Assembly: GCF_902652985.1 (NCBI RefSeq) | Contig: NC_047015.1 | Span: 44,640,001 to 44,704,000 of the forward strand | DNA: 64,000 nucleotides | Origin: Pecten maximus | Taxonomy: Eukaryota | Reading direction: 5' to 3' | Shown here: one piece after another, positions 1-15,333 of the stretch | How the letters are laid out: every line of letters begins with the position of its first letter | Numbering within the stretch: the first letter of the stretch is position 1 | Translations under genes and position numbers: made by a program | The notes under the pieces: generated by a model | Seen by the model: the letters and a program-made list of their open reading frames with translations, nothing else | Told to the model about the DNA's origin: nothing | Database searches by the model: none

Positions 1-460
1 TCCTAAAATTGTACTCACTATAATAAATGTAAAACCTCAGTTCTGACTACATGTACATACATCGTGCCGTATATACACAGGTAACTAATGTTTTACTCTA
101 TCATGTGTACAGTGAAAGTCGTACACTTGACAATTTGTTTACTTATTACAGCTAGAGATGTGTAGAGAGAGAAGGTAACGTTCTAAGGATGGCGTGCCGC
201 TTGAGTGACAATAGTGACACTGGTGTCATGCTTGAGTAGCCATGTGCCTTCGTATATATTTACTTTAATTTGTAATGATATGATATGATTTTATGGTATT
301 TAATTTGGATTACAATAGCCCGAAGCGCTACCTACACAGCCTATTTACAAACTATCACCGTATATATACAAATATCAACACAAGGTTTGAAATGTTACGT
401 AGTCAATTTACGGACTGCAATGGTGTGAAACGTTACCTAGGAAACCTGGTACCACATTAA

Positions 461-855
461 TGGTCTAAAACGCTACATGCAGTCTATTTGTGGACTAACA
501 TGGTCTAAAACTCTACATGCAATCTATTTGTGGACTGCCATGGACTAAAACGCTACATGCAGTCTATTTGTGGACTAACATGGTCTAAAACGCTACAATC
601 AGTCTATTTGTGGACTGTTATGGACTAAAACGCTACATGCAGTCAATTCGTGGATTGTCATGGTCTAAAATGCTACATGCAGTCTATTAGTGGACTAACA
701 TGGTCTAAAACGCTACATGCAGTCTATTTGTGGACTAACATGGTCTAAAACGCTACGCGCAGGCTATTTGTGGACTAACATGGTCTAAAACGCTACGCGC
801 AGGCTATTTGTGGACTAACATGGTCTAAAACGCTCCGTGCAGTCAATGTGTGGAC
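461..855. repeat. 40-bp tandem repeat (TGGTCTAAAACGCTACATGCAGTCTATTTGTGGACTAACA), ~10 copies
   Basis: Unit recurs every ~40 nt. Confidence 0.95.
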
Positions 856-1466
856 AACCTGTAATACCACAACATTTCCCCACTGCGGTACTGTTTGTAG
901 AGCGGATAGTAAATCTGTAGTTTTGTGGGTTACATCAGTGGCCGCTCCAGGACGCTGACATCTTTTTTGTGTCACATTTAAAGATGGCAGGTTTGACATT
1001 TTTAACCCCCTACTAAGAAGTCAGTAGTTTCATTAGTCGGACCACATAATCTATGTCCCGACGCCCCAGGAGTAGCCTTTGTTAAATGTCATTGACCTTT
1101 GACATTTGTTCTCGATACTTCAAGGAAGCTCTAATGAAACCCCCGTGATCAAACCCTCAATGGACACTTACTACTTTATGGTACGATGCGGATTTGTTCC
1201 GAGACCTTCGGCATTTTGTCCATGTAGAATAAGATACTAATTTATGATGGTGTTCTCCTCAGGAAACTCTCTACGATCCACCATGACACTCTGTATGAGT
1301 ATGGAACACTAGACCACTGCAACATTACTTCACTAACACGTCAGTCTTAATTATACAACAATTAATAAAACAGATGACATGAGTTTATCCCTGTCACAGA
1401 TAGAAAGGTTACTGGACCCTTTAAAGTTAAGTCTTTTGGTGTCAACCACCTAAACCTTAAACCTTT

Positions 1467-3245
1467 ACCTGTAATATAGGACTACCACCTATACCTGTAA
1501 TATAGACTACCACCTATACCTGTAATATAGACTACTACCTATACCTGTAATATAGACTACTACCAATACCTGTAATATAGACTACCACCTATACCTGTAA
1601 TATAGACTACTACCTATACCTGTAATATAGACTACCACCTATACCTGTCATATAGGACTACCGCCTATACCTGTAATATAGGACTACTACCTATACCTGT
1701 AATATAGACTACCACCTATACCTGTAATATAGACTACCACCTATACCTGTAATATAGACTACTACCTATACCTGTAATATAGACTACCACCTATACCTGT
1801 CATATAGGACTACCGCCTATACCTGTAATATAGACTACTACCTATACCTGTAATATAGGACTACCACCTATACCTGTAATATAGGACTACCACCTATACC
1901 TGTAATATAGACTACCACCTATACCTGTAATATAGACTACCACCTATACTTGTAATATAGGACTACCACCTATACCTGTAATATAGACTACTACCTATAC
2001 CTGTAATATAGACTACCACCTATACCTGTAATATAGGACTACCACCTATACCTGTAATATAGACTACCACATATACCTGTAATATAGGACTACCACCTAT
2101 ACCTGTAATATAGGACTACTACCTATACCTGTAATATAGACTACCACCTATACCTGTAATATAGGACTACCACCTATACCTGTAATATAGGACTACTACC
2201 TATACCTGTAATATAGGACTACTACCTATACCTGTAATATAGGACTACCACCTATACCTGTAATATAGGACTACCACCTATACCTGTAATATAGGACTAC
2301 TACCTATACCTGTAATATAGGACTACCACCTATACCTGTAATATAGACTACTACCTATACCTGTAATATAGGAGTACCACCTATACCTGTAATATAGGAC
2401 TACTACCTATACCTGTAATATAGGACTACCACCTATACCTGTAATATAGACTACCACCTATACCTGTAATATAGGACTACCACCTATACCTGTAATATAG
2501 ACTACTACCTATACCTGTAATATAGACTACTACCTATACCTGTAATATAGACTACCACCTATACCTGTAATATAGGACTACCACATATACCTGTAATATA
2601 GACTACCACCTATACCTGTAATATAGGACTACCACCTATACCTGTAATATAGGACTACCACCTATACCTGTAATATAGGACTACCACCTATACCTGTAAT
2701 ATAGGACTACCACCTATACCTGTAATATAGACTACCACCTATACCTGTAATATAGGACTACCACCTATACTTGTAATATAGGACTACCACCTATACCTGT
2801 AATATAGGACTACCACCTATACCTGTAATATAGACTACCACCTATACCTGTAATATAGGACTACTACCTATACCTGTAATATAGGACTACCACCTATACC
2901 TGTAATATAGACTACCACCTATACCTGTAATATAGGACTACCACCTATACCTGTAATATAGACTACTACCTATACCTGTAATATAGACTACTACCTATAC
3001 CTGTAATATAGACTACCACCTATACCTGTAATATAGGACTACCACATATACCTGTAATATAGACTACCACCTATACCTGTAATATAGGACTACCACCTAT
3101 ACCTGTAATATAGGACTACCACCTATACCTGTAATATAGGACTACCACCTATACCTGTAATATAGGACTACCACCTATACCTGTAATATAGACTACCACC
3201 TATACCTGTAATATAGGACTATTACCTATACTTGTAACATAGGAT
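1467..3245. repeat. 24/25-bp minisatellite (ACCTATACCTGTAATATAG[G]ACTACC), ~70 copies
   Basis: Direct inspection; the two length variants differ by one G. Confidence 0.97.
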
Positions 3246-3814
3246 CTATACCGTTACCTATAAACCTAGTAAAAATGCCTACATGATTTAATCAAGATAG
3301 CATATTTTATTAATATCGTAAGGTAGTTGATAACACTGGTGGGTTTTTACATGAATGGTTTGATATATATATACTCATCATTTCCCTTTGTCTATAAATG
3401 TTCTTCTTTTTATTGAAAACCGTGACGTCGTAAAAACTACCATACGTAAAGTATCAAACGATATAGTTCAGTAATCATAGTCTTTGTGGTGTTTACGTTT
3501 GATATATAATTAATTTTAGGTATTCCGCTTGCATCTCATTTTGTATGACTAATTATATTGCTTAACACTAAAATGAGTATGTTGATTGTCGCACCTGGTT
3601 GGGCACTGACCCTAAACACAGTAAAATTAATAACACCTGTCACTCAACACCGAGATAAGTTACCTGTTGTTATAATTGTATGTATGATAAGTAACCAGAA
3701 CATCATCGATCATGAGGCAATCACGGCCTAAGTCTTATATCAGCCGTGCTCAACTAGGCATGGAAAATGTCTTGTACTTATATACAGATGCCGTTCATGT
3801 GTCGCGTAAAGACG

Positions 3815-5176
3815 TTTAGGATATCTAACATGCCCCATTACATGACGTGTAGGATATCTAACATTTCCCGTTACATGACGTATACGATATCTAACATGTC
3901 CCGTTACATGACGTATACGATATCTAACATGTCCCGTTACATGACGTATAGGATATCTAACATGTCCCGTTACATGACGTATAAGATATCTAACATTTCC
4001 CGTTACATGACGTATAGGATATCTAACATGTCCCGTAACATGACTATAGGATATCTAACATTTCCCGTTACATGACGTATGGGATATCTAATATGTCCCG
4101 TTACATGACGTATAGGATATCTAACATGTCCCGTTACATGACGTATAGGATATATAACATGTCCCGTTACATGACGTATAGGATATCTAACATGTCCAGT
4201 TACATGACGTATAGGATATCTAACATGTCCCGTTACATGACGTATAGGATATCTAACATGTCCCGTTACATGACGTATACGATATCTAACATGCCCCGTT
4301 ACATGACGTATAGGATATCTAACATGTCTCGTTACATGACGTATAGGATATCTAACATGCCCCGTTACATGACGTATAGGATATCTAACATGCCCCGTTA
4401 CATGACGTATAGGATATCTAACATGCCCCGTTACATGACGTATAGGATATCTAACATGTCCCGTTACATGACGTATAAGATATCCAACATTGCCCGTTAC
4501 ATGACGTATACGATATCTAACATTGCCCGTTACATGACGTATACGATATCTAACATTGCCCGTTACATGACGTATAAGATATCTAACATTTCCCGTTACA
4601 TGACGTATAGGATATCTAACATGTCCCGTAACATGACTATAGGATATCTAACATTTCCCGTTACATGACGTATGGGATATCTAATATGTCCCGTTACATG
4701 ACGTATAGGATATCTAACATGTCCCGTTACATGACGTATAGGATATATAACATGTCCCGTTACATGACGTATAGGATATCTAACATGTCCAGTTACATGA
4801 CGTATAGGATATCTAACATGTCCCGTTACATGACGTATAGGATATCTAACATGTCCCGTTACATGACGTATACGATATCTAACATGCCCCGTTACATGAC
4901 GTATAGGATATCTAACATGTCTCGTTACATGACGTATAGGATATCTAACATGCCCCGTTACATGACGTATAGGATATCTAACATGCCCCGTTACATGACG
5001 TATAGGATATCTAACATGCCCCGTTACATGACGTATAGGATATCTAACATGTCCCGTTACATGACGTATAAGATATCCAACATTGCCCGTTACATGACGT
5101 ATACGATATCTAACATTGCCCGTTACATGACGTATACGATATCTAACATTTCCCGTTACATGACGTATAGGATATC
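3815..5176. repeat. 33-bp minisatellite (GATATCTAACATGTCCCGTTACATGACGTATAG) with a 593-bp higher-order duplication
   Basis: 11-aa periodic pseudo-ORFs; ORFs at 4072 and 4665 have the same variant order. Confidence 0.97.
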
Positions 5177-5471
5177 CCAGGTTATGTAATGTGACTCTAA
5201 GGTGTTATAATTTCACGTACCAATGTCATATATAATACACTGTGTCATTTCCAACTACATTCCACCCTATATGTCACACAAAATGTCATACACTGTGGCG
5301 TGTAATATAAAACAGTACACACCATTATATTTACCATTGTATGGCACTGCCACTATATAACCCTACCAATTCAGTTGCGAGTTCACCAGCTTATGAACTG
5401 CCAACTGAAATTTGAATTTGAAAATTTCAAAAAAAAATCGCACGACAAATAAAAATCGCAGATGGTAAATA

Positions 5472-5633
5472 TAAGCATTGAACGGCTTTCAGTTGGCATT
5501 CATAGTCAATATGAATGCCAACTAGACAGAGGCAAATTCAACATGAAGCGCTAGCGCGCTTCCTGGAATTTGCCTCTGTCCAGTTGGCATTCATATTGAC
5601 TATGAATGCCAACTGAAAGCCGTTCAATGCTTA
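5472..5633. mobile_element. 162-bp foldback/palindromic MITE-like element with a hairpin inside each arm
   Basis: TAAGCATTGAACGGCTTTCAGTTGGCATTCATAGTCAATATG... is the reverse complement of ...CATATTGACTATGAATGCCAACTGAAAGCCGTTCAATGCTTA. Confidence 0.75.
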
Positions 5634-6510
5634 AGTGTTAGACTTCTAACACAGGATCACATAATGTCAAACAGTACACACTATTATGTTTCATGTATGA
5701 CTTTATAGTTGTTATGCTATTTACACTGAGAGCACATCCTTGTTTTTTTGCTTTTTTTGTTTTTTTGTTTTTTTGCTTTTTAAATTTAAGCCGTAGAAGT
5801 TGTGAACTGTCTCAAACAACAAAATTCCTCATCAATACTTGTATGACTTCAGTCGTGTTAAATGTGTTCGGTTGACAGGTACCCGCCGAACAGGTACCCG
5901 CCGAACAGGTACCCGCCGAATTGTCAATCACAAATTAGTACAGAATTCAGATATGATTTTTCTATTCATCCTTTTCATATACAAGTATTACTTCAAACCA
6001 AAAACTTACTGTATATGTGAAAACTAAACTTTCCTGTAAAGGACCGTTTGCTGTCATTTTACGACTTTAGAAATAAAAGTATATTGTAATTTAAATACGC
6101 ACAGTCCACGAACCTGAACGTAGGATCTTGTTAAGGTGTTACATCAATCATATTCATAACAAGTTCGGGAGAGTCATCATAACAAATAACATAAAACGTC
6201 TAGTCTAGAAGAAAACACCTGTTCAGCAGGACAGAACGGGGGCGACATTCATTGACAGGTAGGACATGGATGATTTTATTAAATCTAGATAGATTTATGC
6301 CAGTCACACACCTGATGTTGTAAAACCACCAGTAACACATCAAACCTGTTTTCACTTTACATCATAGGTTTCGTGTATAGGGCAGGTAAACCTCGCACTA
6401 AATCTCAAATTAAATGTTATACCTGTGGGCAGCTGACAGAGGCCTTTAAACTTCCCCATACCTCTGTAACTAAACTGTATACCGCTTACAGGAACCAACA
6501 AGTCGTCCAC

Positions 6511-6597
6511 AAGGAAATATCCCGAAACAGGAAAATATCCCGAAACAGGAAAATATCCCGAAACAGGAAATATCCCGAAACAGGAAAATATCCCGAA
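6511..6597. repeat. Short 17-18-bp tandem repeat (AGGAAAATATCCCGAAAC) x5
   Basis: Direct inspection. Confidence 0.85.
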
Positions 6598-9526
6598 TAT
6601 CTCAAAAGGATACTATCTCAAAATAGGACAACATTCCGAACGTCTTTACATTGAGATACACCTAACGTCTCCAAGGACAATATTTCAAATGCTCAGAAGG
6701 GCAACATTTCGAACATCTCAACGGGAAAATATTCCGACGTCTCAACAGGACAACATTCCGAACGTCTTAACTAACACAATAATAGCAATTCAATACCTTA
6801 TACAATAAATAGGCTAATGATGTATGTATGACTTACCGCGCGCGTCCCACAGCACCGGTGTGTCCGTGACTGTATTATGGACACTGATAGGTATAATGGG
6901 ATTAAGGTACCCACGGTTATATATATCCAGTCCACAATCTAATAAAGGTCCAGTCCTGTCATGATAATACCCGCCATATAATGATAGTATGATAACAATG
7001 GACGAGAACCGGTCGGGTAACAGATCCCCGGGGGTACCGTGACAATCGGGTGGCAAACATCCCCGGGGGACGGACGGCTACTTCAAGGTCATGCCATATT
7101 TCTTATTTGATGATTTTGACACTTTTTTGGAATTGAACATACCTACAGGAGTATTATAGCTAACTAAACACAAATCGACACATCTTGAGAAAATCCTACC
7201 CGCGGGCCGGTAAACTTTGCCAGTGATTGTTTAATGTATTTGCTTTGATCTGTAAGTTAATCTAAGGATGTAGATATATGACATCTTACCACGTGTAAGA
7301 TAATCCAGATATATCAGAAACTCGATCAACGTCAGCTGTTCCGGACTTTTCGGATTTTGTCTTAAGATTACATGCTACCTGCTTTTTAGCGTTATAAAAG
7401 ATGGCGACAACGTCGTACACAGTCCATACACAGAACATGTCGACGAGCAAACTGTATGCGATGTTCATATGCCAAAATCTTGGCCAAGAAAAGCGAATTT
7501 GAAAGCTGTCAAGCAACACGCTTTACAACAGTTGGGAAAAAGGTCGACGATTGTAAAATAATCTTGTCAACTTGTGTATCAAGTTTTACATTTTACCGGG
7601 GGTTTACTATTTATAAGTTATCTCTAACTGGACTTCACTCCTATTTGATGCCGCACTTTGACATTGCTTCAAAACGTAATAACTGATTTTTAATTATTTC
7701 AATCTATGTTCAACAACAGTAATGATACAATCTAAAATGATGACTAATGTCTAGTTCATGTGAAAATGAACTATGGAGGTGAAAATGAACTATGGAGGTT
7801 AAAATGTCCTTTCAAATCGTGACGTGTGATACACGACCCCCAACGCTGGACGGTTTACTACAGACATCTGTCTATAACGATATAGATATTGCTCGGCGAT
7901 GAATTATTGACCACACATAATAAACAAACTGCCATATCAGTGTACATAGAGCGACATCTCTGTTTGATGTGTCCCTAGAGCTGACACCGCGCGACCGTAA
8001 ACATGAGTAAGTCCATTCCTAGCTGGATGACCTACATACCCTCTGCATATTACACGATTCCAGCTGACCTTGGCCTTACAGAAATTGCTAACTATATCAT
8101 TCGTTAATGAACGCGCTATCAAACTGACCTTGAACTTGAAATTGCCAACTAACCTTTTTTCAATTAGACGCTACCGAACTGACCTTGAACTTTTAGAAAT
8201 TACCGACTTTAACCTTTTTGTATTACACTGCTACCCAGTCACCTAATTATCTCAGAAATTGCTAATTGACCCTGCTGTATCAAACTTGTATTGACCAGCT
8301 GACGTTCATTTGACAATTACGGACCAATTTCGTTCGAACATGGAAACTTTTCCAAAGTAGGAAACTAATCCCCCACCTTACTTCAGTAACGCATAAATGT
8401 CACTTCCCGATAATAACTATCGTTAGTATTATAACTGTGTTCAGTCGTGCATATCGATTGGTATGCATTTCCCTACTGTATACATACTCGAATTAGTCTA
8501 AATTACAGTCAAGATATACACATGGTTGTCATTTCAGTGATGGGGTGTAATTTACGTTAATATAGTGACATTTTGGGTCCAGTTTACTCCCATATAAGAT
8601 CGTCGTAAAGTTGTTTACTATCTGTTCACAGCTTAGCGTGTTTTTGTTAAGTTCAATTAGTTCGTCTGACCAGCATTCCTGTATGGATTGACCTAGATTG
8701 CTGATGTACGCTAACTCGAAACATCCCCTCCCGGACAATGGACATGCTTCACTGCACAACTCCACCACCCATTCACTCAAATATTACGGATCCCACACAG
8801 AACAATAGCTTTGTGCATTGTTGTGTATTTATACTATTTCAGTACGCTATATTTCGAACATAATATTTAAGACAATTACCTTGCCGCACACTGCCTCTCC
8901 TCCCTCTGCTGACGGCCCTCTCGATCAGCGATTTTCAACAGTCACTTCTCTGCAAGAAATACAACACTTTAGTAAATAAATTGTCTGTTTTCCACATTAA
9001 CTCTCAAAATACGCACAGGCATCGCGGAAAATAAGCCCTCATCCAAACGCACCTTCCCTCACCTGTGTACAGACAGCGAGTGTTGAGCCACGCCCCTCTA
9101 TCGACAGGCGAACGTAAAGATTTACCTTGAACAATTCGACATACCTACCTAAACACCTACCTAGGTATACGGACACTATATGACTCGGGCGGGCGTAGCC
9201 AGGCAGAGAGTTGTGACGAGATGGAGTGGTATTAGCCGTGATACATTCTTCAAATATTTGGCTGCGGGGGAGACAACTGGTCCTTATCTGTGTGCGAATG
9301 TGTGGGAGTATGTTGATTCACAATTATATTAATATGCATGACCACAAAGTTTGATAACACTATTGAGGACCCACATATTCCTTCATACGTATACGTCATA
9401 AGACTATTGAGCACAGTTACAGAGAAAACACCTAATCATTCACAATCTAAGTGCATATGCTGCAGTATTCGCCAATTAATCATAAATGTACTTTGCTTAT
9501 AACAGGCTGCAATTATGTAATATAAG

Positions 9527-9860
9527 CTGCAGTTACAGGTATCATGAACTGCAGTTACAGGTATCATGAACTTCAGTTACAGGTACAATAAACTTCAGTT
9601 ACAGGTACAATAAACTTCAGTTACAGGTACAATAAACTTCAGTTACAGGTACAATGAACTGCAGTTACAGGTACAATGAACTGCAGTTACAGGTACAATG
9701 AACTGCAGTTACAGGTACAATAAACTGCAGTTACAGGTACAATAGACTGCAGTTACAGGTACAATGAACTGCAGTTACAGGTACAATAAACTTCAGTTAC
9801 AGGTACAATAGACTGCAGTTACAGGTACAATAAACTGCAGTTGCAGCTTCAGTTACATGT
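9527..9860. repeat. 22-bp minisatellite (AACTGCAGTTACAGGTACAATG)
   Basis: Period 22 (e.g. 9661 and 9683). Confidence 0.95.
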
Positions 9861-10679
9861 ATAATGTAATTTGCCAATGTATACTACATACATGTAAACA
9901 ATTTACCTGTGCGTTTTGCATCACACAGTAGATAGTACAGGTACATGTATACAGTATACTATTTCAGAATGAGCAATACACGTAAACATAATAATCGATA
10001 AACGTTATTGTTGCTGTACCAGAACAACATTCACCATTCTCTAGTTCTCTGTTGTGTCTATCTTTATGTGCTGTATTCGAAGTCATCACACATTTAACAG
10101 GGGGTTGGGGTTACACACAGAAGCGCGTGCACTGTATCCGTTTTGCAACCTCTGAATCAGAAAAACTACAAGTGTCTTATTTTGTATAAAAACGCATTCC
10201 GGTAATTAGCGTGTTTTCAACGGCGTGGACGGATACTTGACATGATCAGAATTAAAGCTGACTTGAAATAATTGCGTTAATTAATTGAAAAAATGTTTAA
10301 CACCAGGCGGTCACGTGTAAAACACGTCACGTGTAGAACGGCCCGATGGATGGTTGGGTGGTCGTATGTAATCATGGATGTAACTGATATGTTCCCCTTA
10401 CGGCTAGACTATTCCGAGTCGTCACCTCTAAGAATGATCCACGAGCTGGTCTAAACTAATCCATCAAGATAAACATCCTATGTTGTCCTAAATCACGAAC
10501 GAGGGACGTACATATTGGTGTATCAAATATCAGTACTGTTTAGTACAAGGCTTGTAATCTCGGGTTGTTTTAGTGTGACACCGCGACATAGGGACAAGAC
10601 AAGACGACAATACGAGATAACTGAAATCAGTCACCATAATACAAAACATTTCAGTTAACGTCTTGGTAGTACAAACTAT

Positions 10680-11650
10680 ATTTCAGTTTGTACAGTCCAC
10701 GTTACAGTTATCCACGTTAGCGTTTTAGTTTGTGTAATATAATGTTACAGTTGTACAATTTAGCGTTTCAGATTATAAAAGTTAACGTTACAGTCGTAAA
10801 CGTTAGCGTTTCAGTTTGTGTAAGTCAACGTTTTGCCGTACAAGTTAGCGTTTCAGTTTGTGTAAGTTAACGTTACAGTCGTACATGCTAGCGTTTCAGT
10901 TTGTGTAAGTCAACGTTTTGCCGTACATTTTAGCGTTTCAGTTTGTGTAAGTCAACGTTTTGACGTACATGTTAGCGTTTCAGTTTGTGTAAGTTAACGT
11001 TACAGCCATAAACGGTAGCGTTTCAGTTTGTGTAAGTTAACGTTACAGTCGTACATGTTAGCGTTTCAGTTTGTGTACGTCAACGTTTTGCCGTACAAGT
11101 TAGCGTTTCAGTTTGTGTAAGTTAACGTTACAGTCGTACATGCTAGCGTTTCAGTTTGTGTAAGTCAACGTTTTGCCGTACATTTTAGCGTTTCAGTTTG
11201 TGTAAGTCAACGTATTGACGTACATGTTAGCGTTTCAGTTTGTGTAAGTCAACGTTTTGACGTACATGTTAGCGTTTCAGTTTGTGTAAGTTAACGTTAC
11301 AGCCATAAACGGTAGCGTTTCAGTTTGTGTAAGTTAACATTACAGTCGTACATGTTAGCGCTTCAGTTTGTCTAAGTTAACGTTACATTCATAAATGGTA
11401 GCGTTTCGTTTGTGTCAGTCAACGTTTTGCCGTACGCGTTAGCGTTTCAGTTTGTGTAAGTTAACGTTTTGCCGTACGCGTTAGCGTTTTAGTTTGTCTA
11501 AGTTAACGTTCCAATCCTACACGTTAGCGTTTTAGTTTGTCTAAGTTAACGTTCCAATCCTACACGTTAGTGTTTCAGTTTGTCTAAGTTAACGTTACGT
11601 TTGCGTTTCAGTTTTTGTAACTTAACGTTTCGATCGAATAAAGTAGCGTT
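10680..11650. repeat. 42/43-bp tandem repeat (GTTAGCGTTTCAGTTTGTGTAAGTCAACGTTTTGCCGTACAA)
   Basis: Period 42-43 with alternating variants. Confidence 0.92.
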
Positions 11651-13707
11651 AATTTATCCCCGGGGTCATAAAATGAAGGACAGTCATTGGTGGAGTCTCG
11701 AGACTAACCACATATCGGCCCCTTAATCCCCAACACCTTAAAGAGACGTGCATTACTCTAACCCTGGACATGTGTAATCGACTTTGGCCTGAAAAGAAAA
11801 CATTATTGAGCGAGAACCACATAACTCCGAAAACAGTTTCTACGTAATGTTTACTTTGGGTTTACATCTCACAAACTATCAACAACAAACCCCGTCAACA
11901 TACCCAGTTGGTATACTCCGTTAACATGGTCTGTATAGTATAAACCAACCCGGCCATGATTGATATTGGTTTACATCTTAGGGTATAACACTCCAAGCGA
12001 CAGTACATTACCTAATGTTAAACTCCGGAACAGACGTTTTGGAATGTCGAATTATACACTAATGCTCTATTTCCATGGGTTTGTACTGATGACGTATGAA
12101 GGGGTTTGAAATATTTCCATCAGTTTTATTCCAACATACAGCTTTTATCACTTTTTAAACGACTGGCTTTTCAGAAATGTGTTGAAAACTGTGATTGTGG
12201 AGGCGAGAAGATACATATACATAAGGACATTTATGGCGTAATATACGAGTGTTGGTAAGGACAGAGTCTCGTCTTTACCACAGTTTCTTTTTTATTAGTT
12301 TCACAGTGTTGTACATTTTATGAAAAAAAAAACACTTTTTTAATAGAATTGGTGAGAATTCTTACCATTAAACGCGAAAGATAAAAAAAAATATCGCGGA
12401 TAGATACAGAAGTTCGAACTATGCGAAATATGTTTTCTTTCTTAAAGGGATACGTTTGACATGCAGATCAAAGTATCGTTTGTTTTCAAATCTATCTGAA
12501 ACTCAGAACGTTAATTAATTTTTAACTATTATTATATTGTTTCGAGCATATTAACTATGACCCGAGGTTCCTACTGTAAGTTTCAGTATACTTGTATACG
12601 TTGAACAGCTTCCTCGTGCCAGAAAACAGATTTGCCAACACAAGACTAGGCCTACGTAATAGTTCCCAGCCGTCTCTGTATTACCCACGATAACGGCAGC
12701 TGATGATACTGATAATGTTTATAATGTGTTAAGAAACAAGGAAGTGGTGAGGGAGAGCATTGTTACCGAAACATGTTAATAACGATATACATTCAGGCTT
12801 AGATAGCAACTTAAAACAATCACTATAGGAACGTAAATTCGTAAATATTTCCTAAAAATAGCACTAGTCTAAAAATTGTAGGATTGTTTTGTTCTATCCC
12901 AATATACAGGCGACTAATGATAATACCCAATGAGCTTGCATTATTGTTCTTTGTTAACTGGGATTACCAGCCGTGAACTGGGGCCATTTTGAATAGGGTA
13001 TCCCTGTTGTAGCTGGTGGCTACCTCACTCAAATTGACTCAACAATATGAGGGAAGTCGGTCGCATGTAGTCTAGAGGAATAGGTGTTAAGTGTCTAGCC
13101 CAAGAATCCGACAATGACAAAACGTTTTAATAGATCTCAGCTTCCTGGGAAACACAAGCCGTCCCGGGTAGATATCGAACCACAAACTTCACGTTTCCAC
13201 ACGAGGTTCGTTAACTCCGCCTTTGTCTGTATCCCTGTGCATTTAACCAAGTCTTTCAAAGTTATTGAAATAATTTTCGATTCTGTCTTAAAGGCAAGTT
13301 ATATCAGACGTTGGATGCATTGATGTATTTTACAGTAGAAGTTGTTTTTTGAGCATCTGTCTTATAATTGTCTTGTATCTAAGCAAATCTAGAGCAATCT
13401 AGAATTCCAGGAACAGCATTAGTGCTACTGAAGTGGGATGGCTATAGGCATTATGGAATCTCTATCTCATTAACATCAAACGAACGTTTCTACATTAGTA
13501 ATAAGTTTGCTTTTTTTAATCTTACATTACGAGTTTCTCGTTAAGTTGGTCGATACAGCAACATTGCTCGCTTAGCAGGACCACCATGTCTCGTCCATTG
13601 TACTCGCCGGCGTCAATATAAGCTACCAGCACTGTCATTATCTAATGATCATTAAAATTACAATCATGTGGTCGATAGGAAGTTGTCGATTATCAATTGT
13701 CTTTTTT

Positions 13708-14792
13708 AGGGTAGACAATTGGCTAGGTACCCCTGTATGTTAGGGTAGACAATTGGCTAGATACCACTGTATGTTCGGGTAGACACACGGGCTAGGTACA
13801 TGTATCACTGTAGGGTAGACAACAGGGCTAGGTACATGTACCGCTGTATGTTAGGGTAGACAACCGGACTAGGTACCACTGTATGTAAGGGTAGACAACC
13901 GGACTAGGTACCACTGTATGTTAGGGTAGACAACCGGGCTAAGTACCACTGTATGTTAGGGTAGACAACCGGGCTAGGTACATGTACCACTGTATGTTAT
14001 GGTAGACAACCGGGCTAGATACCACTGTATGTAAGGGTAGACAACCGGACTAGGTACCACTGTATGTTAGGGTAGACAACCGGACTAGGTACCACTGTAT
14101 GTAAGGGTAGACAACCGGGCAAGGTACCACTGTATGTTAGGGTAGACAACCGGACTAGGTACCACTGTATGTAAGGGTAGACAACCGGGCTAGGTACCAC
14201 TGTATGTAAGGGTAGACAACCGGGCTAGGTACCACTGTGTGTAAGGGTAGACAACCGGGCTATGTACCACTGTATGTAAGGGTAGACAACCAGACTAGGT
14301 ACCACTGTATGTTAGGGTAGACAACCGGGCTAGGTACCGCTGTATGTAAGGGTAGACACACGGGCTAGGTACCACTGTATGTAAGGGTAGACACCCGGGC
14401 TAGGTACCACTGTATGTAAGGGTAGACAACCGGACTAGGTACCACTGTATGTAAGGGTAGACAACCGGACTAGGTACCATTGTATGTAAGGGTAGACAAC
14501 TGGGCTAGGTACCACTGTATGTTAGGGTAGACAACCGGGCTAGATACCACTGTATGTTAGGGTAGACAACCGGGCAAGGTATCACTGTATGTAAAGGTAG
14601 ACAACCGGACTAGGTACCACTGTATGTTAGGGTAGACAACCGGGCTAGGTACCACTGTATGTTAGGGTAGACAACCGGACTAGGTACATGTACCGCGGTA
14701 TGTAAGGGTAGACAACCGGACTAGGTACCATTGTATGTAAGGGTAGACAACTGGGCTAGGTACCGCTGTATGTTAGGGTAGACAACCGGGCT
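13708..14792. repeat. 35-bp minisatellite (GGGTAGACAACCGGGCTAGGTACCACTGTATGTAA)
   Basis: Period 35 (14161 and 14196). Confidence 0.96.
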
Positions 14793-14844
14793 ATCAAGGA
14801 ATTCAACTAGATGACCTTAGTTTGTAGGGATAGACGATCGGAAG

Positions 14845-15333
14845 TACAGGCTAGGTACGGGCTAGGTACGGGCTAGGTACTGGCTAGGTACGGGCTAGGT
14901 ACGGGCTAGGTACGGGCTAGGTACGGGCTAGGTACGGGCTAGGTACGGGCTAGGTACGGGCTAGGTACGGGCTAGGTACGGGCTAGGTACGGGCTAGGTA
15001 CTGGCTAGGTACGGGCTAGGTACAGGCTAGGTACAGGCTAGGTACGGGCTAGGTACGGGCTAGGTACGGGCTTGGTACGGGCTAGGTAAGGGCTAGGTAA
15101 GGGCTAGGTAAGGGCTAGGTACAGGCTATAGGTACGGGCTAGGTACGGGCTTGGTACGGGCTAGGTACGGGCTAGGTACGGGCTAGGTACGGGCTAGGTA
15201 CGGGCTAGGTACGGGCTTGGTACGGGCTAGGTACTGGCTAGGTACGGGCTAGGTACGGGCTTGGGACGGGCTAGGTACGGGCTAGGTTCGGGCTAGGTAC
15301 GGGCTAGGTACGGGCTAGGTACAGGTTAGGTAC
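14845..15333. repeat. 11-bp tandem repeat (GGGCTAGGTAC), ~44 copies
   Basis: Direct inspection; the unit is a substring of the adjacent 35-mer. Confidence 0.96.

Noticed and set aside
3767-5189. Repetitive ORFs (MTYRISNMSRY)n
   Set aside because: Translation of a 33-bp minisatellite whose unit is a multiple of 3; frameshifted, no gene context
1165-8950. Possible minus-strand exons (~1172-1290, ~6837, ~8880-8950) of a gene running off the left edge
   Set aside because: Splice-like signals only; no recognisable protein, may be UTR exons or chance
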